Shown here in pieces: positions 31,210 through 39,840 of a stretch of 64,000 nt of DNA. Each line of letters opens with the position of its first letter. The first letter of the stretch is position 1. The position numbers and the translations under genes were made by a program. The stretch is from Roseivirga sp. (GTDB lineage Bacteria > Bacteroidota > Bacteroidia > Cytophagales > Cyclobacteriaceae): positions 188,489 through 252,488 of the forward strand of contig CBDDKG010000005.1 in NCBI GenBank assembly GCA_965230105.1. The letters are read 5' to 3'. Under the pieces are notes generated by a model. It was not told where the DNA came from. It did not search any database and saw only the letters and a list, made by a program, of their open reading frames with translations.

Positions 31210-31252
31210 ATCTTTAGCAAGTTAACAAGTGCATGGGCAAACCAATACGAAG

Positions 31253-32083
31253 ATGAAAGAGACGGTTCATTACTTTAACGGCAACTTTGTGCCAAAGCGT
31301 CTAATTAATTTGTCAATTGATGATGTGGGTATTTTAAGGGGCTATGCAGTGTTCGACTTCTTTAAGGCGATCGGCAATGTTCCACTCTTTTTGGAGGATC
31401 ATCTGGATCGTCTCGAGAACTCCGCAAATAAGATCAACTTAGCGCTGCCCATTTCACGAGATGAGATAAGAAAAGTGATCGAGAAGTTGATTGCTAAGAA
31501 TCAGTTTTCGGCAAGTAATTTTAAGATTATTGTCACTGGGGGTGAATCAGAGGATGGTTTTTCACCAGGTCAATCACAAATTATCATTCTCAACAACCCA
31601 CATAAGGATCCTGACACTCAACTCTTTGAGAAAGGGATTAGCCTGATGCTGCACCAATATCACAGAGATTTCCCCGAAGTAAAGTCTACCTATTATGCTC
31701 CAGCATTATCACTCCAAAAGGGATGGTTGGCCAAAGGGCATACGGATGTACTCTATCATGACGGAACATTCGTTTCGGAAGTATCCAGAAGTAATATCTA
31801 CTTTTTTGAGGGCGAGACACTGAGAACTAATAAGGAGGGAGTACTTGGAGGTGTGACCAGGAAAAATGTGCTCAAATGTGCTGAATCTTTATTCAATATC
31901 GAAATAGGACCGATTCGTTTGGAAGAGTTGCTGAATGCGGAAGAGGTTTTTATTACCAGCACCAATAAAAAGGTGATGCCAGTGGTAAAGCTTGATGATC
32001 AGCTTATAGGAAATGGGAAGGTAGGAGATAGAACAAAAAAGCTAATGAAGGCTTTTTGCTCTGTATATAGATCAGTATGTTGA
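31253..32083 (+). CDS. Class IV PLP aminotransferase (D-amino acid/branched-chain/PabC family)
   Basis: HLDRLENSA, catalytic VKS, EVSRSNI, LGGVTR and EEVFITST; start moved to ATG 31253. Confidence 0.9.
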   Translation: MKETVHYFNGNFVPKRLINLSIDDVGILRGYAVFDFFKAIGNVPLFLEDHLDRLENSANKINLALPISRDEIRKVIEKLIAKNQFSASNFKIIVTGGESEDGFSPGQSQIIILNNPHKDPDTQLFEKGISLMLHQYHRDFPEVKSTYYAPALSLQKGWLAKGHTDVLYHDGTFVSEVSRSNIYFFEGETLRTNKEGVLGGVTRKNVLKCAESLFNIEIGPIRLEELLNAEEVFITSTNKKVMPVVKLDDQLIGNGKVGDRTKKLMKAFCSVYRSVC

Positions 32084-32098
32084 GGAGAGGTCTTGAGG

Positions 32099-32392
32099 CT
32101 AGGCCTGATCTAACTCATAGCCAATAACGTCCAAGAGCATATCCATAATCTGGATTGGAAGCCGCTTTTCAAGATCTTTGTACCGATAGTTGATGACGTG
32201 GCCATCTTCCAGCTGAAAAGCAATGCGCCCTGTCTGAATTTTGTTCTCAAAAATTTGAATTTCAAGGACGGTATTGTCGATGCCGTTGCTGTAGGTATTG
32301 TTAATTCTCCAGGTGATATTCTTACCTACTTCTTGCAGCTTGCCAAGCAAGCTACGGACCAGTGTTTTGTTTTCTTGAGCTACCGCCTCCAT
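32099..32392 (-). CDS. Small hypothetical protein
   Basis: 97 aa from ATG 32392 (MEAVAQEN...); the ORF-track extension overlaps the upstream gene. Confidence 0.6.
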   Translation of the reverse strand: MEAVAQENKTLVRSLLGKLQEVGKNITWRINNTYSNGIDNTVLEIQIFENKIQTGRIAFQLEDGHVINYRYKDLEKRLPIQIMDMLLDVIGYELDQA

Positions 32393-32430
32393 ATTGACTT
32401 TTATAAGACAACGGTAGAAAAGGCATTTGG

Positions 32431-32796
32431 TTATTCGTCTTCTGGGAACGGCACAAATAAGAAGTTGGTAAAGGTCTGGTCCACTACAAAGAGGCAGCAA
32501 AACTCATCTGGATTCTTGAAAGCCTGCTTAAAAGCATTCTCGTCATCAACGAGTTTGCGCTGTACAAACTCATCCAAATACGTGATATGATAGTTCCACT
32601 CCGTGTTCAGTTCATTGCGACCAATGAGTAACTGGCCAATGGGAATATCAGTTTGCGAAATAGGGAATATGGGAAAATCAGAAAAGCCCCTTTTTCTGAC
32701 TTGATAAGATGCCTCTTTCAAGGTATCGGCTACCACTACAAAATCCTTTGTAATAGAGCCGAGGTATTTACCATTTAATTCCGGATCGTTTTGCAT
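32431..32796 (-). CDS. Small conserved hypothetical protein
   Basis: 121 aa with globular composition (KYLG.IT.DF, YPIF, FCCLFV, F.PFPED). Confidence 0.65.
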   Translation of the reverse strand: MQNDPELNGKYLGSITKDFVVVADTLKEASYQVRKRGFSDFPIFPISQTDIPIGQLLIGRNELNTEWNYHITYLDEFVQRKLVDDENAFKQAFKNPDEFCCLFVVDQTFTNFLFVPFPEDE

Positions 32797-32872
32797 AGGG
32801 CAAAATTAGCATAGAATGGTTTTACAAGGATAAAAAATCCCTTTTGTTTTTAGCGCTTCCCTGAAGCGGGTA

Positions 32873-33283
32873 CTATCGATCTTTCACTCGGTACATAAAT
32901 TTTAAACCCGACCAGATATCATCAATGGCAGCTACTTTGACATCAACGAGTCCAATACCCAAGCCAAAACTTCTGATCACATTACCGTCAAGGTCTGTTT
33001 TGAGTTTTGAGGCCTTCTTAGGCCACGATAACCATAGGGTGCCATCCTTTTTCAGGTAGCCTTTCACAGGTGGAATCAGAGATTTCATGTCCTCTTGAGA
33101 CATAAGGAATACATGAGCAAAGTCTATGCTTTCAGCCTTTGGTTTCTCGATAGCCTCTATATCCGGCATTGCCTCGAATAAGTTGAAGTAATACTCAGGG
33201 ATTTGTAAAAAGTGGCAAGCGTAGTTGTCCTTTATTCCGAGTTTTTTGGCTAAAGGTGTGCCTGAATATCCGGCAGTTGTCAT
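32873..33283 (-). CDS. DUF3052 family protein
   Basis: GYSGTPLAKKLGIK, LWLSWPKKASK, GLVDVKVAAID..WSGLKF. Confidence 0.82.
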   Translation of the reverse strand: MTTAGYSGTPLAKKLGIKDNYACHFLQIPEYYFNLFEAMPDIEAIEKPKAESIDFAHVFLMSQEDMKSLIPPVKGYLKKDGTLWLSWPKKASKLKTDLDGNVIRSFGLGIGLVDVKVAAIDDIWSGLKFMYRVKDR

Positions 33284-33333
33284 GGAATAAGTTTAAAAAG
33301 TGATCATATAATATAATTACTTTTTAAGGCAAG

Positions 33334-33371
33334 AAAAAGGCCTCAAGGTTCTGAATCACACTTTGAGGCCT
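33334..33371 (-). terminator. Intrinsic terminator after the ABC permease
   Basis: aggcctcaa...ttgaggcct stem with a U-tract on the - strand. Confidence 0.65.
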
Positions 33372-33393
33372 GTTTTTCTGATGAGTGGCGTAG

Positions 33394-35970
33394 TTATTCC
33401 TCCTTTAGGTAGGTAATCGGATTGGCACGCAGTGCTCTGTATAACTGAGAAAATACCGTCAATACGGCTACTCCCAATACCGAAATTAAGGCTGCTGCTC
33501 CGATGGTCCAGCCAAAGTCAATTTTGTAGGTATAGTTGTTTAGCCAGTCGGTCATAATACTGACTGCTATGGCAAGCCCCACTACTGCACCAATCAATAA
33601 AAGCCATATGTACTTGCTGAGGTACAGCCCAAAGATGTGCTTGGCATTCGCCCCAACCACTTTTCTCACACTGACATCCTTCATTTGCTGACGTATTTGG
33701 TTGCCTACAAAACCCATTAGCCCAAGGCAGGAAAGGAATATAGCCGCTGCCGAGCCTACTTGGGCAATTTTCTTGATACTTGCTTCTAGTGCATATCGAT
33801 TAGCAATGTCATCTTCCACAAAGCCATAGCTAAATGGATATGGAGAAAAATATCGGTCATGGATCGCTTCTATCTGGGCTATCTTGTCTTGATTGATATC
33901 AGAGAACTTGATATAAGTATTATAGGTGAGTAGTCGATCACCCATCCACATGATCAGCGGGTCTACTCCAGAGCGCAAAGACTCAAAGTTGAAGTTTTTA
34001 ACAACACCTACAATGGTCGGTTTTTGGAATTCACCATAGCCAAAATAGATTTGCTTGCCAATGGGATCTTCCAGCTTTGTTTTCTCAAGAAATGCCTCAT
34101 TTACGATAACGGCTCCCATGGCATCTGTGGATATTTCCTTGCTAAAACTTCTACCTTCAACGAGTTCTATACCCATGGCTGCTATGTAATCAGGATCTAT
34201 GCGTGCGTGACGTACATCGACCCTCACATCATCTGCATCTTTATAGTTGGTGCCATTAAATCCTGATGTAATGGTGACATGCTCTACACCAGCAATAGCC
34301 AGTATATCATTTTTAAAGCTCTCTTTAGTTTGTGCATCTCGGATAGGCCTGAATATGCGTACTACTTTTTCTCCTGAGTAGCCCAGGTCATGATTGAGCA
34401 AAAAGTTGAGCTGGCCATTCATGGTAAGCATACCGGCAATTAGAAAGGCAGAAATGGCAAACTGAAGGGTAATCAGGCCTTTGGCCAGATAGTTTTTGCC
34501 CCCTAGTTTTGATTTACCCTTGAGCCCATTAATGGTTTTATAACGTGATAATAATAGGGCAGGGTAGATGCCAGAAAGCAAGGTAACCACTACGAGTATA
34601 AGGAGTCCACCCAAGAGCACCTCACTGTTAAAGATAATATCAAGCGTATAGGTCTTCTCAGCATACTCAGCGAAACCTGGCAGCATAAGTGCCATAAAAA
34701 TGATCGATAAGATTAAGGCCAGAAAGGCTGAGATAAATGCCTCTGCTACAAACTGCTTGAATACCGAGGTTTTCTCAGCTCCGAAAACTTTACGAAGGGC
34801 AACTTCTTTCAATCGAATAATATAGTTGCCAACCGCGAAATTGGCATAGTTGACACAGGCGATCAGCAGGCAGAATATACCAATGATGGTCACAATGGTA
34901 ATCAGCTCGTTGTCACCTCTGGCTGCTATGCCATTACCAGTGCCAAACTCAGGATTGAGGTGTATATCTGTTAATGCCTGAAGACCTAAGCTAACTTGAA
35001 CTTCTTCCATTTCAGGGTCAGTCGGGAAGACATCATTCATTTTCTGCTCAACCACTTCAGCACTTGAATTTGGATCGATTTGGAAGAAGGAATTCATGTT
35101 AATGTCGAACCAGACCTTTGTTCTGGGCTCATTATCCGCTGCCCAACTTGAAAAAGGGAAGATAATTTGAGGCCGAATCGAGGTATTTAGCGGAAAGTCT
35201 TTGTAGATACCCACTACTTTCAATGTTTGATCTTCTTCTCCGGCTGAGACGGTAATCTCTTGCTGGCCACTGGCTTTTGCAATGCCTAGGCGATCGGCTG
35301 TAGTTTCGGAGACTACTATTGATAGTGGGTCGGTGAACTCCCCTGGGTTACCGATAAGAAAGTCCACGGAGAATATTTCGAAGAAATCACGATCAGCATA
35401 ATGGAAGGACTCTTGTTGGTAAGCGTCCTTTACTTTCACCAGAGTCGATGCATTTTTGAATCGACTGCTCTTGATGATTTCTGGAATCTGGTTGGGGAAT
35501 TCTTCCCCCATGATATAGGAAGAACCGGCAAAACGATCTACGCGATCTGCACTGCTCATGGTGGCAGTGGATCGATAAACATAATCGCCATTGGCATAAA
35601 AACCATCAAATGATTGTTCATCGGTTACGAAAATGTAAGCCAGCCAACTGATGGCGATTCCTAAGGCAAGGCCAAGGATGTTCAGACTGGAGTAGCCTCG
35701 GGTTTTCCATAGAAATCGGATGCCGATTTTGAAATAATTCTTGATTAACATGACACTATTATTTTGAGTTTGAACTTTGATTCTAAAGTACCTGAGGCAT
35801 CTGATTACCTCGAAAATGTATTTTCTGCGTGCATAAGAAACCCCCTTTTCCGTGGCACGCCACTGAAAAGCTTCATATAGATCTCCTTCCACTTCTTCGA
35901 CCAGGTCAGTGGGGCAGACGTATTGCAACAACCGTAAGGCCCAATATGGTGGGCTCTTAAATGAGGCCAT
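33394..35970 (-). CDS. MacB/FtsX-like ABC transporter permease with an N-terminal permease-prefix domain
   Basis: EEVEGDLYE prefix domain, MLIKNYFKIGIR, ACVNYAN, RKVFGA and second-half RKVVGA; start moved to ATG 35970. Confidence 0.9.
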   Translation of the reverse strand: MASFKSPPYWALRLLQYVCPTDLVEEVEGDLYEAFQWRATEKGVSYARRKYIFEVIRCLRYFRIKVQTQNNSVMLIKNYFKIGIRFLWKTRGYSSLNILGLALGIAISWLAYIFVTDEQSFDGFYANGDYVYRSTATMSSADRVDRFAGSSYIMGEEFPNQIPEIIKSSRFKNASTLVKVKDAYQQESFHYADRDFFEIFSVDFLIGNPGEFTDPLSIVVSETTADRLGIAKASGQQEITVSAGEEDQTLKVVGIYKDFPLNTSIRPQIIFPFSSWAADNEPRTKVWFDINMNSFFQIDPNSSAEVVEQKMNDVFPTDPEMEEVQVSLGLQALTDIHLNPEFGTGNGIAARGDNELITIVTIIGIFCLLIACVNYANFAVGNYIIRLKEVALRKVFGAEKTSVFKQFVAEAFISAFLALILSIIFMALMLPGFAEYAEKTYTLDIIFNSEVLLGGLLILVVVTLLSGIYPALLLSRYKTINGLKGKSKLGGKNYLAKGLITLQFAISAFLIAGMLTMNGQLNFLLNHDLGYSGEKVVRIFRPIRDAQTKESFKNDILAIAGVEHVTITSGFNGTNYKDADDVRVDVRHARIDPDYIAAMGIELVEGRSFSKEISTDAMGAVIVNEAFLEKTKLEDPIGKQIYFGYGEFQKPTIVGVVKNFNFESLRSGVDPLIMWMGDRLLTYNTYIKFSDINQDKIAQIEAIHDRYFSPYPFSYGFVEDDIANRYALEASIKKIAQVGSAAAIFLSCLGLMGFVGNQIRQQMKDVSVRKVVGANAKHIFGLYLSKYIWLLLIGAVVGLAIAVSIMTDWLNNYTYKIDFGWTIGAAALISVLGVAVLTVFSQLYRALRANPITYLKEE

Positions 35971-36292
35971 ATTGTAATGATGGTTTTGGAACCAGCGACC
36001 ACATCTCTGATCTGCGTTGTTGTATTTCTTGAGCGATTCGATAACCAGCTGGTGTTCCCTGGTAATATTTCTTTCGCTTACCTCCACGTTCAGGGGTAGG
36101 CTCACCAAATGATGATTTCACCAGCCCCTTTTTCTCCAGTCGCTTCAGTACAATATGGATGGCAGGTAGGGATATGCTCTGTTTTACATGTTTTTCATAG
36201 ACTTTGGCTATCTCAACACCATAACGCTCCTCTTTCATCAACACGATCACCAGAATGGTCTCTTCTAGTGATCCAAGGGAATATTCGCTCAT
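35957..36292 (-). CDS. PadR family transcriptional regulator
   Basis: LGSLEETIL, YGVEI, LKRLEKKGLVKS and GEPTPERGGKRKKYY motifs. Confidence 0.93.
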   Translation of the reverse strand: MSEYSLGSLEETILVIVLMKEERYGVEIAKVYEKHVKQSISLPAIHIVLKRLEKKGLVKSSFGEPTPERGGKRKKYYQGTPAGYRIAQEIQQRRSEMWSLVPKPSLQYGLI

Positions 36293-36344
36293 ATAATTAA
36301 CAATTGTTTATAATATCGTGACGAATATAATTAACATTTGTTTA
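36291..36344. promoter_or_regulatory. Tandem 20-bp repeats, probable PadR operators
   Basis: atataattaacaattgttta (36291-36310) and atataattaacatttgttta (36325-36344), 19/20 identical, each with an AACAwwTGTT core. Confidence 0.6.
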
Positions 36345-36403
36345 ATTAATCAAATTACGCGTACTGAAATGGCTCAGAACTGTATTGAAATGGTCAGTCT
36401 AGA

Positions 36404-37726
36404 CTACCAGTTGGGCTTCGGGTTAGGGTCGTAACGGTGCCATGGGACCTCATTTACCCAATTAAAACCCCGATTGGTCAGATAGAAATTGGATAGATCA
36501 TAGGTCTTCAACTTCATTTGTAGCGTGTCCTGCTCAAATACCCCACTTAGGGTAAGACCGTCATCGAGTTTCTGATAAGTCAATGGATATTCCTTTCTGA
36601 GGGAGTCTCTTCCAATACTAAAAGTCACGGTCATTTCAACGGTGTCGATCGTACTTGAATAGTACCTGACTCTATCGTCCATAAATATGGCAATCGATCG
36701 GTTTGGATCTTCAAAGATGAGTCGCTGCCACCTTACTTTGTCAGTCAATAGCGGAGGCAAAGTATCTCCATTTTTGACATAGTGCTCTACATCATAAAGA
36801 CCTAAGAGTGCTGATTTAGGTCTCAGCTCCCCATATTGTTTCCTGCTCCTCAAATCCCGGCTGATTTGTGACTGGAAGAAATAGAAAATTAGGAGTACCT
36901 GAATCACCAATAGGGTGTATTTTTTCCAGGGCGTTTTAAACATGGGTGGCCATGGGGTGATCTTCTCCTGTTTTTGAAAGAGTAACAAACCGAAAATGGC
37001 CTTCCGGTCGATCATAGCGATATAAAGTCCCATGAACATCAGTTGGGCCGAAAAGAGCTTTACGGGAACGTCATAGGCCATATTGAGCATAAAGACATTG
37101 AACATGACACCAAAGGTGACAAGCCCACCAAGGGTTCTGGTCCTTCTGAAGATAAGTAATGTGCCAGCGATTACTTCACTCATTCCGGCATAAACGGAGT
37201 AGGTCTTAGACGCACCCATAAACGTCCAAAGTAGTCCCATAGGACTTGATTGACCATAAGTTCTGAGCAATCGGTCTATCCTCAATTGAGGCATTTGAAG
37301 CCAAAAGACTTTGATAAAGCCATAGAGCAACATGTAGAACACCAAGTAGTAGACGGTGATCAGCACAAACCAGCGCCATGGACGATAATAGTTCTTGCGG
37401 CCCTTATCGATCAATGACCAAATGATGGTGCCAATGGCTGCCAAACTGGTAAACAGACCATATTGAACCCAATTAAAGGACATATCTCCACTACCAGTAG
37501 GCGTGCTGGAAAGCTCATTTAGGCCCAGTAGTTTTGTCCCGACTTGATTGGTGACCCAAGTCCAAAAGTTTCCGAACTGAGTATCTAACCAAAATTCATT
37601 GAAGACATTTAAAGGGGTAGTGAATGGGAAGGGAAGAATAAATAAGAGGAAGAGAATAAAGATAAATCTGAAGCCGATTTTCCTTGAAGTGCTCCATTCC
37701 TCATGTGCAACCAGGATAGTTTCCAT
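36404..37726 (-). CDS. DoxX-like multi-pass membrane protein with a C-terminal soluble domain
   Basis: YGFIKVFWLQM, SPMGLLWTFMGAS..Y, RRTRTLG and LNMAYDVPVKLFS motifs. Confidence 0.62.
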   Translation of the reverse strand: METILVAHEEWSTSRKIGFRFIFILFLLFILPFPFTTPLNVFNEFWLDTQFGNFWTWVTNQVGTKLLGLNELSSTPTGSGDMSFNWVQYGLFTSLAAIGTIIWSLIDKGRKNYYRPWRWFVLITVYYLVFYMLLYGFIKVFWLQMPQLRIDRLLRTYGQSSPMGLLWTFMGASKTYSVYAGMSEVIAGTLLIFRRTRTLGGLVTFGVMFNVFMLNMAYDVPVKLFSAQLMFMGLYIAMIDRKAIFGLLLFQKQEKITPWPPMFKTPWKKYTLLVIQVLLIFYFFQSQISRDLRSRKQYGELRPKSALLGLYDVEHYVKNGDTLPPLLTDKVRWQRLIFEDPNRSIAIFMDDRVRYYSSTIDTVEMTVTFSIGRDSLRKEYPLTYQKLDDGLTLSGVFEQDTLQMKLKTYDLSNFYLTNRGFNWVNEVPWHRYDPNPKPNW

Positions 37727-37823
37727 TGAAAAAATATTTGGATCGAATTTAATGGATTTGGTTTGGGTTTTTAATACCGTTCACCATTATGGAGTATGAG
37801 AATTGTTTTTTAGCTTTCTTATT

Positions 37824-38525
37824 ATGAAGAAGAATGGGCCTTCCCGAAACATCAAGTACTTTCTTGCTGAGCTGATGATTTTGATTATTGGTATTTCTGT
37901 ATCCTTTGCTTTGAACGAGTATAGACAACAAAAAAGAGAGGAAAAACAGGAAGTACAATTGTTAGAAAGTTTCAAGGCAAACCTAATCAATGATAGTACG
38001 ATTCTTTCCCGAGGCGCTGCGTTAATGGCGAGTCAGATAGAGTCGGCCCAAAGACTGATCTTGCTTAGCCAAGATGCGACATTTACGGATAGTACCGCAC
38101 TAGATGTGGTGACATTGCTAAGTTATATTCCCTTTAATTCAGAAGATATTACTTATCAGGAAATGAAGAGTCTGGGTACTAATCACATTATCCAAAACGA
38201 CACTTTATCAAAGGAAATCATTGGGTTGTATGAGCGTTCCTATGAGAATATTCATGAGTGGACGAGAATAGACGCTAATCACGTAAAGGAGAAGCTTATC
38301 ACTTATACTATTGAACATTTTCCATTTGCGCCAAACCTCAATTTTGGTCTTATAGATGCTGTGAACAAAAGAAAATTAATGACATTAATTCAAACAGATG
38401 AGTTCAAGCATCTGGTGCAATGGAGTATGATTTACAAAGTAAGCACTAAGGCACAATTTGATATAGGTTTGACGAATATCAAGTCAATCCTTGAAAAGAT
38501 CGATGATGAAATAGAGGCTAATTAA
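37824..38525 (+). CDS. DUF6090-like protein (N-terminal TM anchor plus helical domain)
   Basis: KYFLAELMILIIGISVSFALNEY signature; start moved to ATG 37824. Confidence 0.6.
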   Translation: MKKNGPSRNIKYFLAELMILIIGISVSFALNEYRQQKREEKQEVQLLESFKANLINDSTILSRGAALMASQIESAQRLILLSQDATFTDSTALDVVTLLSYIPFNSEDITYQEMKSLGTNHIIQNDTLSKEIIGLYERSYENIHEWTRIDANHVKEKLITYTIEHFPFAPNLNFGLIDAVNKRKLMTLIQTDEFKHLVQWSMIYKVSTKAQFDIGLTNIKSILEKIDDEIEAN

Positions 38526-38925
38526 AGAGCCTCTGATCCATTGAATATTTCCCCGGTCCTGTGATAAACAAAAATAGGTAAGCCGATAGATACAAGAATG
38601 CCTTTTCCTGACCTCTGAAGGGATCATCAAGATGTACTGTCGCCAGTGCCACAATCATCGTAATCATCAGTGGAACAAGTGCATATCGTGTGGTCAACCC
38701 TAAAATCAAGAGTATGGAACAAATGAATTCACCAAAAGCAGCCATGATCAGTGAAGCTTCTGGCCCTATGCCTAGTGGATCGCCAAATTGAAAGTTGCCA
38801 CTAAGTACCTTTTGGAATTTAGGATAACCGTGAGTGAACATCATTAAACTTGTCGCAACTCTAAAGATGAGCAGTCCAAAGTTGACGGCAGAAGAATTCT
38901 TGCCTGTTTTCAGTAGTCTCTTCAT
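38518..38925 (-). CDS. DoxX family protein
   Basis: LLIFRV..LMMFTHGYPK, FGDPLGIG, EFICSILLILGL.TR and GPGKYSMD motifs. Confidence 0.9.
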   Translation of the reverse strand: MKRLLKTGKNSSAVNFGLLIFRVATSLMMFTHGYPKFQKVLSGNFQFGDPLGIGPEASLIMAAFGEFICSILLILGLTTRYALVPLMITMIVALATVHLDDPFRGQEKAFLYLSAYLFLFITGPGKYSMDQRLFN

Positions 38926-38963
38926 ATCAGATGAATTTTCTACAATAAAACAGAGAAATTGAA

Positions 38964-39779
38964 TTATTTACAATACTCGTTCATATAGGCGGTAGCTAGT
39001 TCGTCATCCATGGCATCTCCTTTCTTGAAGTCAGCGCAGGCTGAGCTTACACCATGCCAGGATGAGGCAAGTTTAGCCATTCCCCTTCGCGTATAGGCTT
39101 CAGTGTATTCAGGGTCTTTTTCTATGGCGAGATCATAGTTCTCAATGGCCTCATCGTAATTCTCGTAGTGAAGAAACACGGCTGCTTTGTTAAAGTAGGC
39201 AACCGGAAGGTTAGGGTCCACCTTTAAGGCCTTATCAAAATCTCTAATTCCCGCGGGACCATAGCCGGCTCTGGCCCATGCTGCACCTCGACTGATCAGG
39301 GCTTGTACATCGTCAGGTCGATCATTAAGATATCTTCCCAAATCTCCTATGGCTTCATTACTATTGCCAAGTTTAACATGAGCTCTACCCCTTAAAGAAA
39401 GGGCTTCCAGATTATCAGGTTCAACATTAAGCACAGTATTGGTATCAAAGATGACACCTTCAAAATTTTCCAATTCAAAAGAGCAACGGGCTCTGCCTAA
39501 AGTGGCTTTTCTAGAGTTGAATCGAAGTCTTAAAAGGGTGTTATAATCATCATAGGCTTTGTCAAACTCCTCAAGCTTTTCATTGGCCAATGCACGGTTG
39601 AAGAGGGCATACTTGTCTTCGGGTTCTAGCTTAATGACCCGATCATAAGCGGCAGCAGCAGCTTTGAAATCACCTTCCTTCATGTACTCATCGGCTTCTT
39701 CACGAACGGCCGTCATATCACAGGAGCAAACCAGAACTGCAAGTAAAATGGTGTTAAGGAGTAATGTGCGCATGTACAA
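38964..39779 (-). CDS. Tetratricopeptide-repeat lipoprotein
   Basis: Lipobox VCSC and about six clear TPRs. Confidence 0.87.
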   Translation of the reverse strand: MYMRTLLLNTILLAVLVCSCDMTAVREEADEYMKEGDFKAAAAAYDRVIKLEPEDKYALFNRALANEKLEEFDKAYDDYNTLLRLRFNSRKATLGRARCSFELENFEGVIFDTNTVLNVEPDNLEALSLRGRAHVKLGNSNEAIGDLGRYLNDRPDDVQALISRGAAWARAGYGPAGIRDFDKALKVDPNLPVAYFNKAAVFLHYENYDEAIENYDLAIEKDPEYTEAYTRRGMAKLASSWHGVSSACADFKKGDAMDDELATAYMNEYCK

Positions 39780-39840
39780 ATAAACTAAATGATTAGTTTA
39801 ATGTTGCCACAAATGAATAGAAAATTATTTGATTTAACGT

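Noticed and set aside
35971-36108. ORF-track N-terminal extensions (ABC permease to 36108, gldH to 23048, 32500, panB to 5792, fabG to 42843)
   Set aside because: They overlap neighbouring genes or promoters, and downstream ATGs give family-typical N-termini.
37749-37990. Two short - strand ORFs near the DUF6090 start
   Set aside because: They overlap a divergent promoter and the DUF6090 CDS and have low-complexity composition.
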